Source of the DNA: Eledone cirrhosa
Taxonomy: Eukaryota
Direction: 5' to 3'
Length of the DNA: 64,000 bases
Assembly (NCBI GenBank): GCA_964016885.1
Contig: OZ024743.1
Location: 326,182,001 to 326,246,000 of the forward strand
Shown here piece after piece: positions 24,648 to 37,167 of the stretch (positions within the stretch are counted from its first letter, which is position 1; the number at the start of each line of letters is the position of its first letter). Both the position numbers and the translations under genes were made by a program. Below the pieces are notes generated by a model. That model was not told the origin of the DNA. It worked only from the letters and a program-made list of their open reading frames with translations, and ran no database searches.

Positions 24648-26076
24648 ATAATAATAAAATTGAAGACTAAAATCCAAAGAGGGCTCGATAAGGAAAATAT
24701 ATATCAAATATATAAGAACCGTAGAGCAAATATTTATTAAAATAATAGATTAAAGTTTAAGCAAAGAATCGCTGCTTTCACCCTTAACGGGATCTTCTGA
24801 AACTAACAAAGTCAATCTGTAAACTCAGAACTGGATATTTCAAAAAACGTTGCAACCGGAGGAAGACAGGAAGACGATACTTTGGTTCGTGGAAACGTTC
24901 GCTGGCAAAGAACGGGAAAAAACGAATAATACGTCATTAATAGGAGCGGTGAAAAACAATTACGCGCAAAGACAAAACCACGTTTATGGTATAAAAGAGG
25001 TCGTAGACTAATGTTCTCTTAGGTGATGCATAGAGACGTTCTCTGGCAATGAACGAAAAAACGAAGATAATAAGTCATATGTGGAGCGTGGAGAACAATA
25101 GCACACAAAGACAAAACCACGTAAATGGTATAGCAGAAATCGTAGACTAAAATTCTAACTAGGAGACCAAATGAATCTCCGCTACAGAGTTAAGAACAAA
25201 GTAAATAAATACAATACAGAAGTAATAGAAACAAATAAATACATACACGCAAACAGATACGTACATACACAAGCATACGCAAAACCTTACCATGGGTATA
25301 CAAAACCACGCACATATAAATGTGTGTGTGTATGCTTGTGTACAAATAAATAAATAATTATATAAACGTATATAAGTAAATAAATACGTATATAACAAGC
25401 GCACACGCATACCTACATATAAATACACGAATGTTCGGAGATGTAAATCAACTAAAACAAGAAGTACACATATACACACACCCACCATACGTACGAACCT
25501 GCACACTCACGCGGACGCAAAACTCCCGTATACACATAGCCAAACCCTAAATACCAGAATATGTAAAAATTATACGCTATAACAGTCAAATATACGTACG
25601 AGAAGGTATACATATCTTCACAAAACATACGGGTAATATATACTTACCTATGCAAATAAGTAAAGGAATAAACAAAACATATACTTAGCTCCCACATCAA
25701 GACGTAAAATATCCACGTATAGATCGTGCTATCCACGCTCCACATATGACTTATTATCTTCGTTTTTTCGTTCATTGCCAGAGAACGTCTCTATGCATCA
25801 CCTACGACCTCTTTTATACCATAAACGTGGTTTTGTCTTTGCGCGTAATTGTTTTTCACCGCTCCTATTAATGACGTATTATTCGTTTTTTCCCGTTCTT
25901 TGCCAGCGAACGTTACCACGAACCAAAGTATCGTCTTCCTGTCTTCCTCCGGTTGCAACGTTTTTTGAAATATCCAGTTCTGCGTTTACAGATTGACTTT
26001 GTTAGTTTCAGAAGATCCCGTTAAGGGTGAAAGCAGCGATTCTTTGCTTAAACTTTAATCTGTTATTTTAATAAAT
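24645..26076. mobile_element. (TA)n-flanked non-coding element with about 345-bp inverted arms (24730-25092 / 25733-26076), Penelope-like candidate
   Basis: Arms are reverse complements apart from a few substitutions and a 16-bp deletion. Internal ~140-bp direct repeat (24891-25023, 25033-25163). Hammerhead-like fold at the outer end of each arm. Confidence 0.7.
25988..26063 (+). ncRNA. type I hammerhead-like fold with non-canonical core (CAGAAGA)
   Basis: Stem I AGUUU/AAACU (extended by ACAGAUUGA/UUAAUCUGU), CAGAAGA at 26009-26015, stem II CCC/GGG, GAAA at 26029-26032, stem III AGCAG/UUGCU, triplet CUU. Copies on - at about 24744-24821 and 39962-40038. Confidence 0.45.
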
Positions 26077-26662
26077 ATATATATATATATATATATATTT
26101 GAAAAGTGAGTATGGTTCTATACAAAACAGGGGTTATAGAGAAAAATGTGGAATTGGAAATAGCACAGAAAATATATTTAAGGATCTGTTTTTCTTTTTT
26201 TCTTCTTTTGTCAATGCCATTTGCCTCTCATTTACCTCTCTCCCCTATAGCAATTTTCTCTAGCTTACATTTCCCCATTTTGCCACCCCCATCTGAACTC
26301 TTGACAAATCCTTTAACACAATTGAGACTTCCTAAAAATAAGTTTGTTCTGTGAAAAGACACAACTACCACGATTATGACTACCTCTCTCTATATATAAG
26401 GTTCCATTATAGACCCAGTCTTTGCAACAAGAAAGATGAATAGACCTTTTCAACAGTCAGTTTTAAATTTTTAATTATTTTAAATATTTGTAATATTCAA
26501 CATTTGATAAGATGGTTTATACTAATACATTGAAACTGGTTATACTTTATATATATATATATCTTTAAAAAAAAAAAGAATTGTTCCTCTCATTTTTTCA
26601 ATAATGTCACTTTGAAACAAAGAAGAAAAAAAGAAGAAAAGATCCTTAAATATATTTTCCGT

Positions 26663-26663
<1 letters not shown>

Positions 26664-26736
<73 letters not shown>
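26664..26736. repeat. (CT)n microsatellite
   Basis: Direct reading. Confidence 0.95.
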
Positions 26737-26739
<3 letters not shown>

Positions 26740-27039
26740 TAAAAGAGAGTAAGAATTTATTGGCTTTAACGTATGTTTCTGTGTCAATTATAATAATCTA
26801 CATATGCTGACTACAATATATATTGTTCAATCATATGCAATACTTAATACACACACAGTTTTTAAATCAGCATGGGGTGGAAACAGTACATTTGAACAGG
26901 GTTACCCCATAATATTCATGACATATTCTTTTACATCAACACTCACTTAGCATTTTTGTATCTTATAATAAGAATAATTTAATTAGGCAAAGTACTGGAG
27001 TCAATATGATGAACCAGTAAGCCTTGGTTGTACCCTAGC

Positions 27040-27251
27040 ATGGCTGTCATCTAATGACTGAAAGCAATAAAAGATTTAGAAAAAAGAAGAAAAGCGTTAG
27101 AAATGACAATGTTGGTTTTGGTTGTTATCATTTTGAATTTTAATGTTGATATAGTCAAAATGATAACAACCAAAACCAACATTGTCATTTCTACCGCTTT
27201 TCTTCTTTTTTCTAACTCTTTTATTTCTTTCAGTCACTAGATGACATCCAT
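27040..27251. repeat. long inverted repeat, about 97-bp arms, 18-nt spacer
   Basis: 27040-27136 is the reverse complement of 27155-27251 with a few mismatches. Confidence 0.9.
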
Positions 27252-30200
27252 TCCTCTGTGGATGGGGTCAGTGTTCATCATCATTTAACGTCCATTTTCT
27301 CTGCTAGCAAAGGTTAGACGTGTCATTACAGACCAAGTCAGTACTTAACTGCAGCTTCTAATCTTTTAGATAGGTCAAGACCTCATGAAGCTTACATATA
27401 TTCCCACACAGTGTGCAATGCATTTTATTATGGCACCAAGTCCTCTTTACCCTTTGTTTGGCAAGTTTTCTATGGCTAGATGTCCTTCCTATCACCAATT
27501 ACATTACTGGGTGTACTTAATTGGCGCATCAGCACTAGGGACATTGTCAGTCATTGACTCAACTGAAGAGTCAATATAATAAATATGAGTACTGCGACTG
27601 GGGTTGATTTAATTGATCATATTCTGTCTTTATAATTTGTAGCTATGTGCTATGGAAAAATCATTGTCTTTATTATATTTATTATTCATACATTTATTAT
27701 ATAATGACTTAATGTTATCAAATACATAATGTACCCAACTCATTGAAGCATGACAAACAAGTAGATGATAATTGTGGTGGTTGATGTGAAACAACATTTT
27801 TAGCACCTCTGCACCTCCTTGGTCAGCTTCAATACCATTTGTTGGCAAATGGGGATATCTCTTTTTTTTTATCTGGGGGAAAAAAAATACTTATTTTCTT
27901 TACAACATACTTTTGTCTGTGGAGATAAAAGCTCCACTGTTAAGTGCTGGAGATGTTGAGGAATATGCAACATGCCATTTATACATATATGTAGAATGGA
28001 CCTATGCCAGTTTCATTGCTTGATCAATGGAACAACCTGCCTGTTCATGAAATTAATGTGATTGGTTGAGCATTCCACAGGCATATGTACCTTTAATGTA
28101 CATTCTCCAGGCGATTCAGCATGACACAGTGTAACAGGGCTGTCCTTTGAATTACAAGTACAGTCCTTCCAATGGGCTTCCAAACATTTTCTGTCTACCT
28201 AAATTTCTCTCAGAAGGTTGACCCAAAGCTGTAGAAAATTATACTTGCCCAAGATGCTATGCAGTGGGATTGAATCCAGGACCTAATGATTGTGAAGCAA
28301 ATTTAACCATTTAGCTATGCTGTGTCCACACATGTAAATTTTATAGTACTGACATTAATAAATGACAGATATAGTTAGAAGTTTCCTGGACATCACTATA
28401 TCTGCAGCATAGTATATCACCATTTTTAATTTGATCCAGCCATCTGCGTAACACATTTGATTCAGATTCTATGATTGAAAGCTCTCCCAGTTGTCAATTG
28501 TTAAAGTTTTATGAACTGGATATTGAAACATCGAAGCAAATTAATGTCTGAACACAACTGTTTGCTAGATAGGAGCAGAAGGAAGCACACAAAGAGAAAG
28601 TGAACACTCTTGCAGCTACCAAATGAGCCTGTGTTTATTCGTTCTGCTAAAAATAGCAGCCAAGTCTTCTTCAAATCACACACCACCATCTTTTAAAAAA
28701 TAACACGAGGTAGTGTAATCTGGAGTACACAATAGACAAATGGTCATACTTTTGATTATTTAGGTCTGAGAAGACTCAGTCAGGGCTAACTTGGTGCTAA
28801 ACAACAGAAATGATGATGATGATGATGATTTATAATTAGAAGAGTGAATTATATTATTTAGTGTCATAGTGGAAGTTAAACCCTTTCATGATCACATTTC
28901 TAGTGAAATACACAGCCTACCTGTTTCAATTAATTTCGAAAATAATTAAGAATTTGGAAGGATTTAGTAAAATTATTTTGTTTTTGGAACTTAATAAGAG
29001 GTTCTTACATGAAATTATGTTAGAAAATTTTAACTCTTTAATTATCATATTTCTAATTAAATAAATACACTGCTTATATGTTTCAATTAATTTTGAAAAT
29101 AATCAAGACTTTGAAGGAATTTAATTTAATAGCTTAATTTTTAGTTATTAAGCTGATGTTCAGAGCATTACTTTACAAAAGGTTCTTACATAAAATTGTG
29201 ATGAAAGGTATTAATATGAATATTTTAAAAAGAGCAAATCTATATCATAAAACCAGTCATTTTGGTTTAAAAAAAAGTTATAAGACTGTTTTGTGTCAGA
29301 ACCTTGGTTATGTTGGAGTCAAAAAGGTTAAGATAGAGAAGTATCAAGTAACTGCTTTCATTATCAACACTCCATTATGTGTTTGTTTTACACTAGACTT
29401 ACATGAGAGTATGACCAAGACCAAATGTGTCAGACTAAAACATCACACTCTACAGCTCATCCCTGCATGGATCAAAGTAGGTAGTAAACTGATGAATGCT
29501 TGCAGAGTTAACTTCAGCTGTCTTTATGGGATTAGAATGCACCTTTCTTAAGGAAGATTGTAAAACATACCTGCTATAAGCATCAATATGAAAAATTGAG
29601 TCTAACTTTGTGTGTCTTAATGTATTTTGGAAGTAATGTGTAACGAGAGGCTGCAGTGTTGGTAATTGAACAGAGACAATATAGGGTTTGAGGGGATTCT
29701 TCAGTCTGGATGAGAGACTTTCATGCTGACCTTGGTTTATTTTCCAATCTTGATCTAGTTGAAATACACTGTCCCATTTGTTTATGAACTACTTTAGCTT
29801 TTCTGATGCCAAACTGACTGAAACCACCCCTAATTCTACAATATCTAGCTGTATATTTTAAAGTGATTGTATCTATCTAAAGAGCCTCCCATCATAATTT
29901 TATGTTAGAACCTTTAAGTTATGTTCCAAACACCAACTTAATAATGTCAAAGTCAATTACATTACTAAACGACTGCAAATTTTTGATTGTTTTAAAAACA
30001 ATGTGAAAATCATAAAATTATAAAATTACTGCCTGAGTATGGTATCCCTGTCAATACACCATCATCATTTAACGACCATTTTCCCTGCTAGTAAGGGTTA
30101 AGCATGTTGTCACAATCCAAGTCAATTCTTAATCACTACTATTAACCTCTCCACTGAGCACATTTTATATACATTTCCACACTACAGAGTACACCTTGTA

Positions 30201-30812
30201 TTTTATCAGGGCACCAGCATTACAGAAGGTGTCATGTCTTTGACACCACTGAAGAGTCTTTCCAACCCTTTGTTTGGTAAGTTTTCAATAGCAAATGCTC
30301 TTCCTATCACTGACCACTTCACAAGGTGCACTGGTGATTTTATCATGTCATCAACACTAGAGAGGTTGTGGGTCTTTGACACAACTTAAGTCTTCATGGC
30401 CCTTTTTTGGCATGACTTCTTCAGCTGGATGCTGTTTGTATCATTAACCACCTTACTGAGTGTACTGAGTGCATTTTTTTTAGTACCAGCACTAGAGAGG
30501 TTGTTAGTTGTAGACTCAACTGATGAGCCCTCTCTACTCTATTGGGAGTGGCAATGTCCTGGAACCATTTATGTAACAATGTGTTTCCATGATCTATGCC
30601 TGGTATAAACAATCCAATTGGTAGTTATAAATTGTCATTCCTAATTGATGGATGATATTTACAATCAGTTGATTGACTGTATTAGAATGAAATTAACATA
30701 TAAGCATTGATTTTAATGAACTTTATTTAAAAACACTACATTAAGAATATCCACATGATGGTATAAGTTTTCAGAAATATTGGTACTGACTGTCTATAAT
30801 TATAGAAACCAA

Positions 30813-30844
30813 TAGAGATGATTGATTATAATCAATCATCTCTA
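30813..30844. repeat. perfect 32-bp palindrome
   Basis: tagagatgattgatta|taatcaatcatctcta, with outer agaaacc/ggtttct also complementary. Confidence 0.9.
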
Positions 30845-30852
30845 CCGGTTTC

Positions 30853-31464
30853 TTAACCCTTTAGCATTCACATTATTTTCATCATCATCATCATCATCAT
30901 CATCAGGTTTAGCGTCCGTGTTCCACGCTTGCATGGGTTTGGACGGGGGTTTTCCCACTTGAGGCAAGAGTGGTTGTCTTGCTCGCATAGGACTGTCTGG
31001 CGGGTTTTCTACAGCTGGATGCCCTTCCTAACACCAACCACATTTACAGTGTGGGGCTGGGAGGTTTTTACTGTGTTGCCTACACGGCCACATTACAGCG
31101 TGGACTGTCTGGCGGGTTTTCTACAGCTGGATGCCCTATTTTATATATACTATTGAGTTCAAATCCCGCCGAGGTTAACTTTGCCTTTCATCCTTACGAG
31201 GTCGATAAAATAAAGTACCAGTAATGTACTGGGTAATTGCTGGCCTTGTGCCAAAAGTAGAAACAATTATTTTATATATGCCATTATATTTTCATGGTAA
31301 AGGCTTGACGTCACATAATTATCTCACATAATATCGAATCTATGAGATTTTGAAATTATTTATTTTGAGAACAATACCTTAACATTAGTTTGAGTGGCCA
31401 GTTACAGCCAGTTTCAACAGAAAAAAGTAGAGAATTTTGGCCGGTTTGAACACTAAAGGGTTAA
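30853..31464. mobile_element. TTAA MITE family 1 interrupted by an RTE-A 3' fragment (30880-31136, -) and a Meta SINE (31155-31270, +)
   Basis: TIRs at 30853 and 31464. Removing the two inserts restores a sequence like 40677-40904. A second partial MITE follows to about 31628. Confidence 0.8.
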
Positions 31465-32329
31465 ACCAGCTGTATCCGGCCAGAATTCTCTCACCTCTTT
31501 CTGTTCAAAACGGCCATAACTAGCCACTCATACTGATGTTAAGGTATTCTCAAAATAAATATCAAAATCTCATAGATTTGACCGAAAATACAATGGTATA
31601 TATAGAGTAATGTAAATGCTAAATGTTAGGCCATTTCCCTTTTTGTATCACATACATCACACAACTAAAGCATGGACCATTTGAGTAATATTATATTAGT
31701 TGTATTCATGGATAGCTGTAATGTTTTAGTTTGAATAGCCATTCAGTTTACAATTCTATTGGCACTTAATTCACATCTTTCTCCAATTTCTTTTAATGTT
31801 CCTGAGAAAAATCTAGCATTGCCTATTTAATCATTTAAACTAGCACAAATCATAGTCTTTGTTTGTGTTCTCAGCAGTCATTTACATTCATTATAAAAAG
31901 AGCATATTCATTATCTTAACAGTGCAATCCATTGCTTACAGAATGACCTACAAATTACTCCCTCTATCTCTTCTCTCTTCTATTGAGTGATTTAGCCTAA
32001 ATATTGGAAGAGCAAACCAAACTATACATGGCAACCATTTCAGTTGTAAGCATATTGGATTTACAAATTAAAATTTTGACTTTTGGAACAGATAGCACTG
32101 AAGAAGTGACTTTGAACTATTTGTTTTGTTTGACTCTAAATGTCTTGTACCACATAAGCAAGGCATTCTTGAAAAATATAAAACAGCACTATGCCTGCAT
32201 AACAGATTTTCAAAATGATCTGTCTAATAGTACAAACATTTGAATTAACATTTGAATTAACAAACCCATTTTTAGATATTTTCTGCTAAATCATTGCAGA
32301 ATGTTAATTAACTTTGAAGGATACAATTA

Positions 32330-33300
32330 AATGTACACAATAAAAGCAAGATATTTACAAAGGATTGAAAAGAAGGATAAGTTTTGGTGTATGATAGAGA
32401 AGCTGATTGAAAGAATAAAAGATGAGGAAGTCATCATGGTTGGTGGGGACTTGAATGGATATGTGGGAAGGAATATAGATGGTTTTGAAGTTCATGTGGG
32501 CTATGATTATAATGTGAGGAATGGAAAAAGTGACTACCTGAGGGCACATAGGCAAAATAAGTAGAATCTTTGGAATAGAAAAGCAATTCCAAGAGTAGAG
32601 GTTATATAGCACCATCTAGTTGTCTGTAATCTGAGAGCAAAAATTGGAAGGAGAGTTCAGTGGAAAAAATACTAACTAAAACTGAAGTTGTTGAGGTTGA
32701 AAGAAGTAACAGTATGTTGGAAGATAACATAGTTAAACTTGAGTCCTTGAAAGTCACAGAAACATGATTTGTTTGGAGTTGTTGATAATTTTTGTAAACA
32801 AAAATACCATCAAACACTTGGAAACACGATGGTAGGATGAAGTTGGAAAGAGGCTTGATGAGAAAAGGAAGAGGCTAAAAAAATGGCAAGGAGTATGGTT
32901 GCAGAATAGTCAGTATATAAAAATGGCTACAAAGAAAGAAGTGATAAAAGCACAAATAGGAAAATGTTTGAAGCCCATACAGATTCAGAGGAATGCCGGA
33001 GGGAGATATTTATGTATGTAAAGCCTTTTGCAAAAGATTAATGCAATGTGATAGAGATGATCTGTTTGAAGGACAAAATAGGAAGATAAACAATGAAGTG
33101 ATGGAAAATGAATGTGAAGAAAGTAGAAAAGGGGAAGACCTAGACAGAGATAGCTAAAGGTGATGAAGAAAATGAGAAGGTATACAGAGGATAGAGAAAA
33201 GTGAAGAAGCTTGTCATGGGGCCTGAAAAGCTACTGCTTCAGAAGGGGAAATGGCCTTAAAACACTTGTCAGATATTCACAGAATGAGGATGGCAGCTAT
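32330..33300 (+). mobile_element. old, highly degenerate RTE LINE relic (endonuclease/linker region)
   Basis: KDKFW...VIMVGGDLNGYVGRNIDGFEVHVGY..VRNG; purine-rich downstream. Confidence 0.7.
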
Positions 33301-34542
33301 TACAATGGTTGTGTGAGTTATTGTAGAAAATATAATTGATGTAGTGTATCTCCTACCTGTACCTGGTGTTAGATTTAATGAAATATGTTATGTAATTGCT
33401 AATTGTTTCTGAATAATCACTGCAAAACAAATGCCTCTGAGGGAATCTCATAAGCTACTGGATTGTGGCACCAGACTTGCTCTTAATGTTGTGTATCTAA
33501 GGAAAGTCAGCCTGATAGAATATATATCTCTCTAAGAATTTAAATTTAGTTACTGACGCTGCCGATTATTAATTCCACTGATGTATCAACTTAACGGACC
33601 TATTTATATTTAAATTGATTGAGCTAGTGTGAGTTAAGTGACAAAAACAGTGCTGGTGATAAGCTGTTGACTGTCTTACCAGTTGGCAGACTTGTTATTG
33701 ACTCTATTGACTCATAAACAAAAAGTATATCAAACTTCACTATCACTGCATTAGACAAGGTACATGCCATCTCCCTCATGAGGTCCAGCATCTTGGGATC
33801 AACCTTCACTACTACTTCCCACTATTTTCATAGTCTCCATTTACACAGATCACTCAGTCTTTTCCAGTCAACTTTATATACATCCCAATTTTGTACCAGC
33901 ACAGTCTTCTTTCTTGTATACCATGGCTGATTCCTCTAATGCCCCCTCCTTCACCCGACTACCTTTATTTTATCTTTCATTCACTGCTCATAACATACTA
34001 TCATGCAATATTGTACTTTACACACAAGCATTATACACTCACCATACAGAGAATGAAGAATATATTTTTCTGTTTTTTTTTGACAGAAGTTTTCGAATGA
34101 GCCAGTGGGAATCTTATTTATTTATTTATTCTTGAAGACCAAAGAATATTAACTAATATACTCTATATTCGGAAAGAGAATTTTGTCAATAAAAGATATG
34201 AAATTACAGATTGTTTATTCAGAAACATTTAGTTTGTTATCCTATATATTTCCCTTTTAATGGAGTGGAAATTGTCATTGAGATTCAGAAAAAATAATGG
34301 GCTTAAAGTTTTTTTTTTATAGATGTTTTTTTCTTCCTTTTTTTTCTAATGTATTCATTGTGTGTCATGTGGTTAAAAATTTAACAATAAAAAATGGTTT
34401 AAAAATTCAATATTTTTGTTACACCAGTCATGTGCATTTGTGTGTACATGTGCTGACTAAGTTAATGAGCAAATTCTGTGCCTTCCATGGTGTATCTATA
34501 ATGAGTTAAATGTTTAGAATGCAACATCATTATCATTTAACT

Positions 34543-34726
34543 GGATAGGCAGTATCGGTAGAGGGTCGGACGCCATGCTTTCCAGCATAGAGTTACGCCC
34601 CTTTATGGTCTGAATTCAAATCCCGCCGAGGTTAACTTTGCCTTTCATCCTTACGGGGTCGATAAAATAAAGTACCAGTAATGCACTGGGTAATTGCTGG
34701 CCTTGTGCCAAAAGTAGAAACAATTA
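34543..34726 (+). mobile_element. Meta-core SINE inserted in the tail of an RTE-tailed SINE (34525-35030, -)
   Basis: Full body with duplicated ttatcatttaac on both sides. Confidence 0.85.
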
Positions 34727-36609
34727 TCATTTAACATCTGCTTTCCCTGCTAGTAAGAGTTAGACAGGTCACCACAGACCAAGTCAGTACTTAGTTGGAG
34801 CTCCTGACCCCTCAGACATGCCAGTGACTGCACCTCACGTACGTTTCCACACTATACAGAATGCACTAGGTACATTTTATCATAGCACCAGCACTAAGAG
34901 TGTTGTTATGTCTTTCACTCAACTGAAGAGTTTCTATGGCTGGCACCCCTTCACAACACCAACCGCTTTACAGAGTGTACTGGGGGCATTTTATTATGAC
35001 ACTAGGGTGGTTGTTGGCCTCAGACTCAACTGAAGAACCCCTCCTACCCTATGAAGGGTGGGGGAGTAAGATGTCATGAGTAAATGATAAAAGGTGGAGG
35101 GATGACAAGTTTTGTACAACAAATCAGTGGCCCCACAGTGTAATGGTTAGCATACTTTCTTGAGTAGAAAGGGATGCTATGTCAATTCTCATCAAAGAGT
35201 TTACTGGTATTCTTACATTTGAAATATTCCTAAATGTGAATTATTTCATATTGTGTATGTATCTTGAGGTGCCTGGCTTAGTGGTTAAAGTTGTTCGCTC
35301 ATGATTTGGGAGTTAGTTCAACTCTTGTGCCTTATGTCATTGACCAAGACATTACATTTCACATTGCTCCAGTCCACTAAGCTAAACAAAATTAGTTATA
35401 TCTGTGATTCAAAAGGTTTGCCATGTCACGTTGAATCTTCCTGAGAATTATGTGAAAGGGATAAGTGTCTGGGGAATGCTCAGCCACTTGCACATTAATT
35501 TCATGAGCAGGCTGTCTCATTTATCAAACAACTAGAACACTTGTCATCAGAACTGACAGAGGTTCAACACATACACACATGTGTAAAAGCATGTTTCTGT
35601 GTATGTATACAAAATGCTTTGATTAATTTAAATACATAAAACCATCTGTTTAGCCAGATAGTGCTATAAAAAAGAAGAGTGAAAGAGAAAAAAGAAAAGA
35701 AAAAGAAAAATAGAATTACTACTGCCATTCACCATTCATGCAATTGGGAGATTTCAACAAGATTCTTTCTCTTCACTGGAAAAAGAAACCATATCCTATT
35801 GGCACCATATTTACAAAGAAAACTTATTCAGGGATTTTTTCCTCTCACAAAATTTTGCGCAATGAAGAAGGCTGAAATGATGATGCAGTAACTGTAATTC
35901 TTAATGTTCTGTACTGCATAAAACATTAGCAAGACATTCTTGAAAAGTATAAAACAGCATTATGACTGCATTATATTAAAAATTGAAGTCATTAATGTTT
36001 TTTTTACTGCAAATTTTCCCAGTCTGTTCATGAGTAAAGATACTATAGACATTTAAATTAACAAACTTGCTTTTACATAGTTTCTGTTAGATCATTACGG
36101 GATATTAAGAATTAAATTACAACACAAAATCCAAAGAATATCTGGAGACCAGTAATTTGACAGTGTTATGCCTATGATGTTTATGTTAAAATGTCAGCTA
36201 TATGTAGTCTACAAATGCACCAATAAGCAAATACTGATTACCAATTATCTACTATGTGCTAGCATATGTACCTATCAATAATCATTAAAAAAACAAAACA
36301 AAAACAATGATCAATTATCAAAATTGTTTAATCGGCAAAAAACCCGGTAACGATTAATCGACCACCGATTATCTATAATGCACCAGCATACATGCCTATC
36401 AATAATAATAATAATAATAATAATAAAAATGACCAATTATCAAAACTACTTAATCAGCAAAATGGCAGGTACTGAATATCAATTGATTAATCAATGCATC
36501 CCTAATATAGACAATGGAAAGAGAGTGAGAAACTACTTGTTATATAAAATCGTTATATAATTCTGTATGGCTTTATTAATTCTTCTCTCTCTCCAAAATA
36601 AAAGCATTA

Positions 36610-37167
36610 TCTACTTATATAAAAGCCTTGTGTATTTGTCCGTCACACACTAGAGATGACTGAGGAAGGAAGGGGTGATTACGTTGACTGAGGAAAGAAG
36701 GGGTGATTACGTCGACTGAGGAAGGAGGGGTGGCAGTGTCTATTGTTCGCTACACCTGTAGTGAATAATATGCATAGCGAATTGGCTACACGCATTGGCT
36801 TTTATGATTATGTGTGTGTATATGTGTGTTTGGGAAAATGATATTTGTGTGAGTGTATATGTGTTAGTGTGTGTTTATTTAGAACGATACATAGACAATA
36901 GAAAAACACACATGAAACTATATATATATAAACAGACACAGAAAAAATAATTATTACATACACACACATCTATGTGATGATTGAGGGAGGAGAGGGGATG
37001 AGAAACTAAAGATGTCCAACATTCTAAGATTCGTTACAGCTGTGTGTTTGTATCACTTGTGTGAGTGAGAGCGAAGGAACCAACCAACCATCCAACATCT
37101 CTTTTTTTTAATATTATGTATAGATATTACAATTAGCTGTCATTTTTGATGGCACAGGGCCAGCTAG
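36610..37167 (+). mobile_element. non-autonomous Helitron
   Basis: A|TCtacttatataaaa ... subterminal hairpin tgtcat-ttttg-atggca ... CTAG|T. Internal ~28-bp repeat gactgaggaaggaaggggtgattacgt present about 2.5 times. Confidence 0.75.

Noticed and set aside
24866-24905. Additional hammerhead (gaagacga...tcgtggaaacgttc)
   Set aside because: It lacks a CUGANGA-like core and a convincing stem I.
33600-33900. RT-like peptide ending NSLSPALF on the minus strand; similar faint LINE traces at 46000-46310 and 63330-63960
   Set aside because: Too degenerate to assign by eye; probably old LINE relics.
36215-36505. Repeated gattaatc/aattatc motifs as a regulatory cluster
   Set aside because: The end catcccta and subterminal repeats fit a decayed DNA-transposon end better, and the other terminus could not be located.
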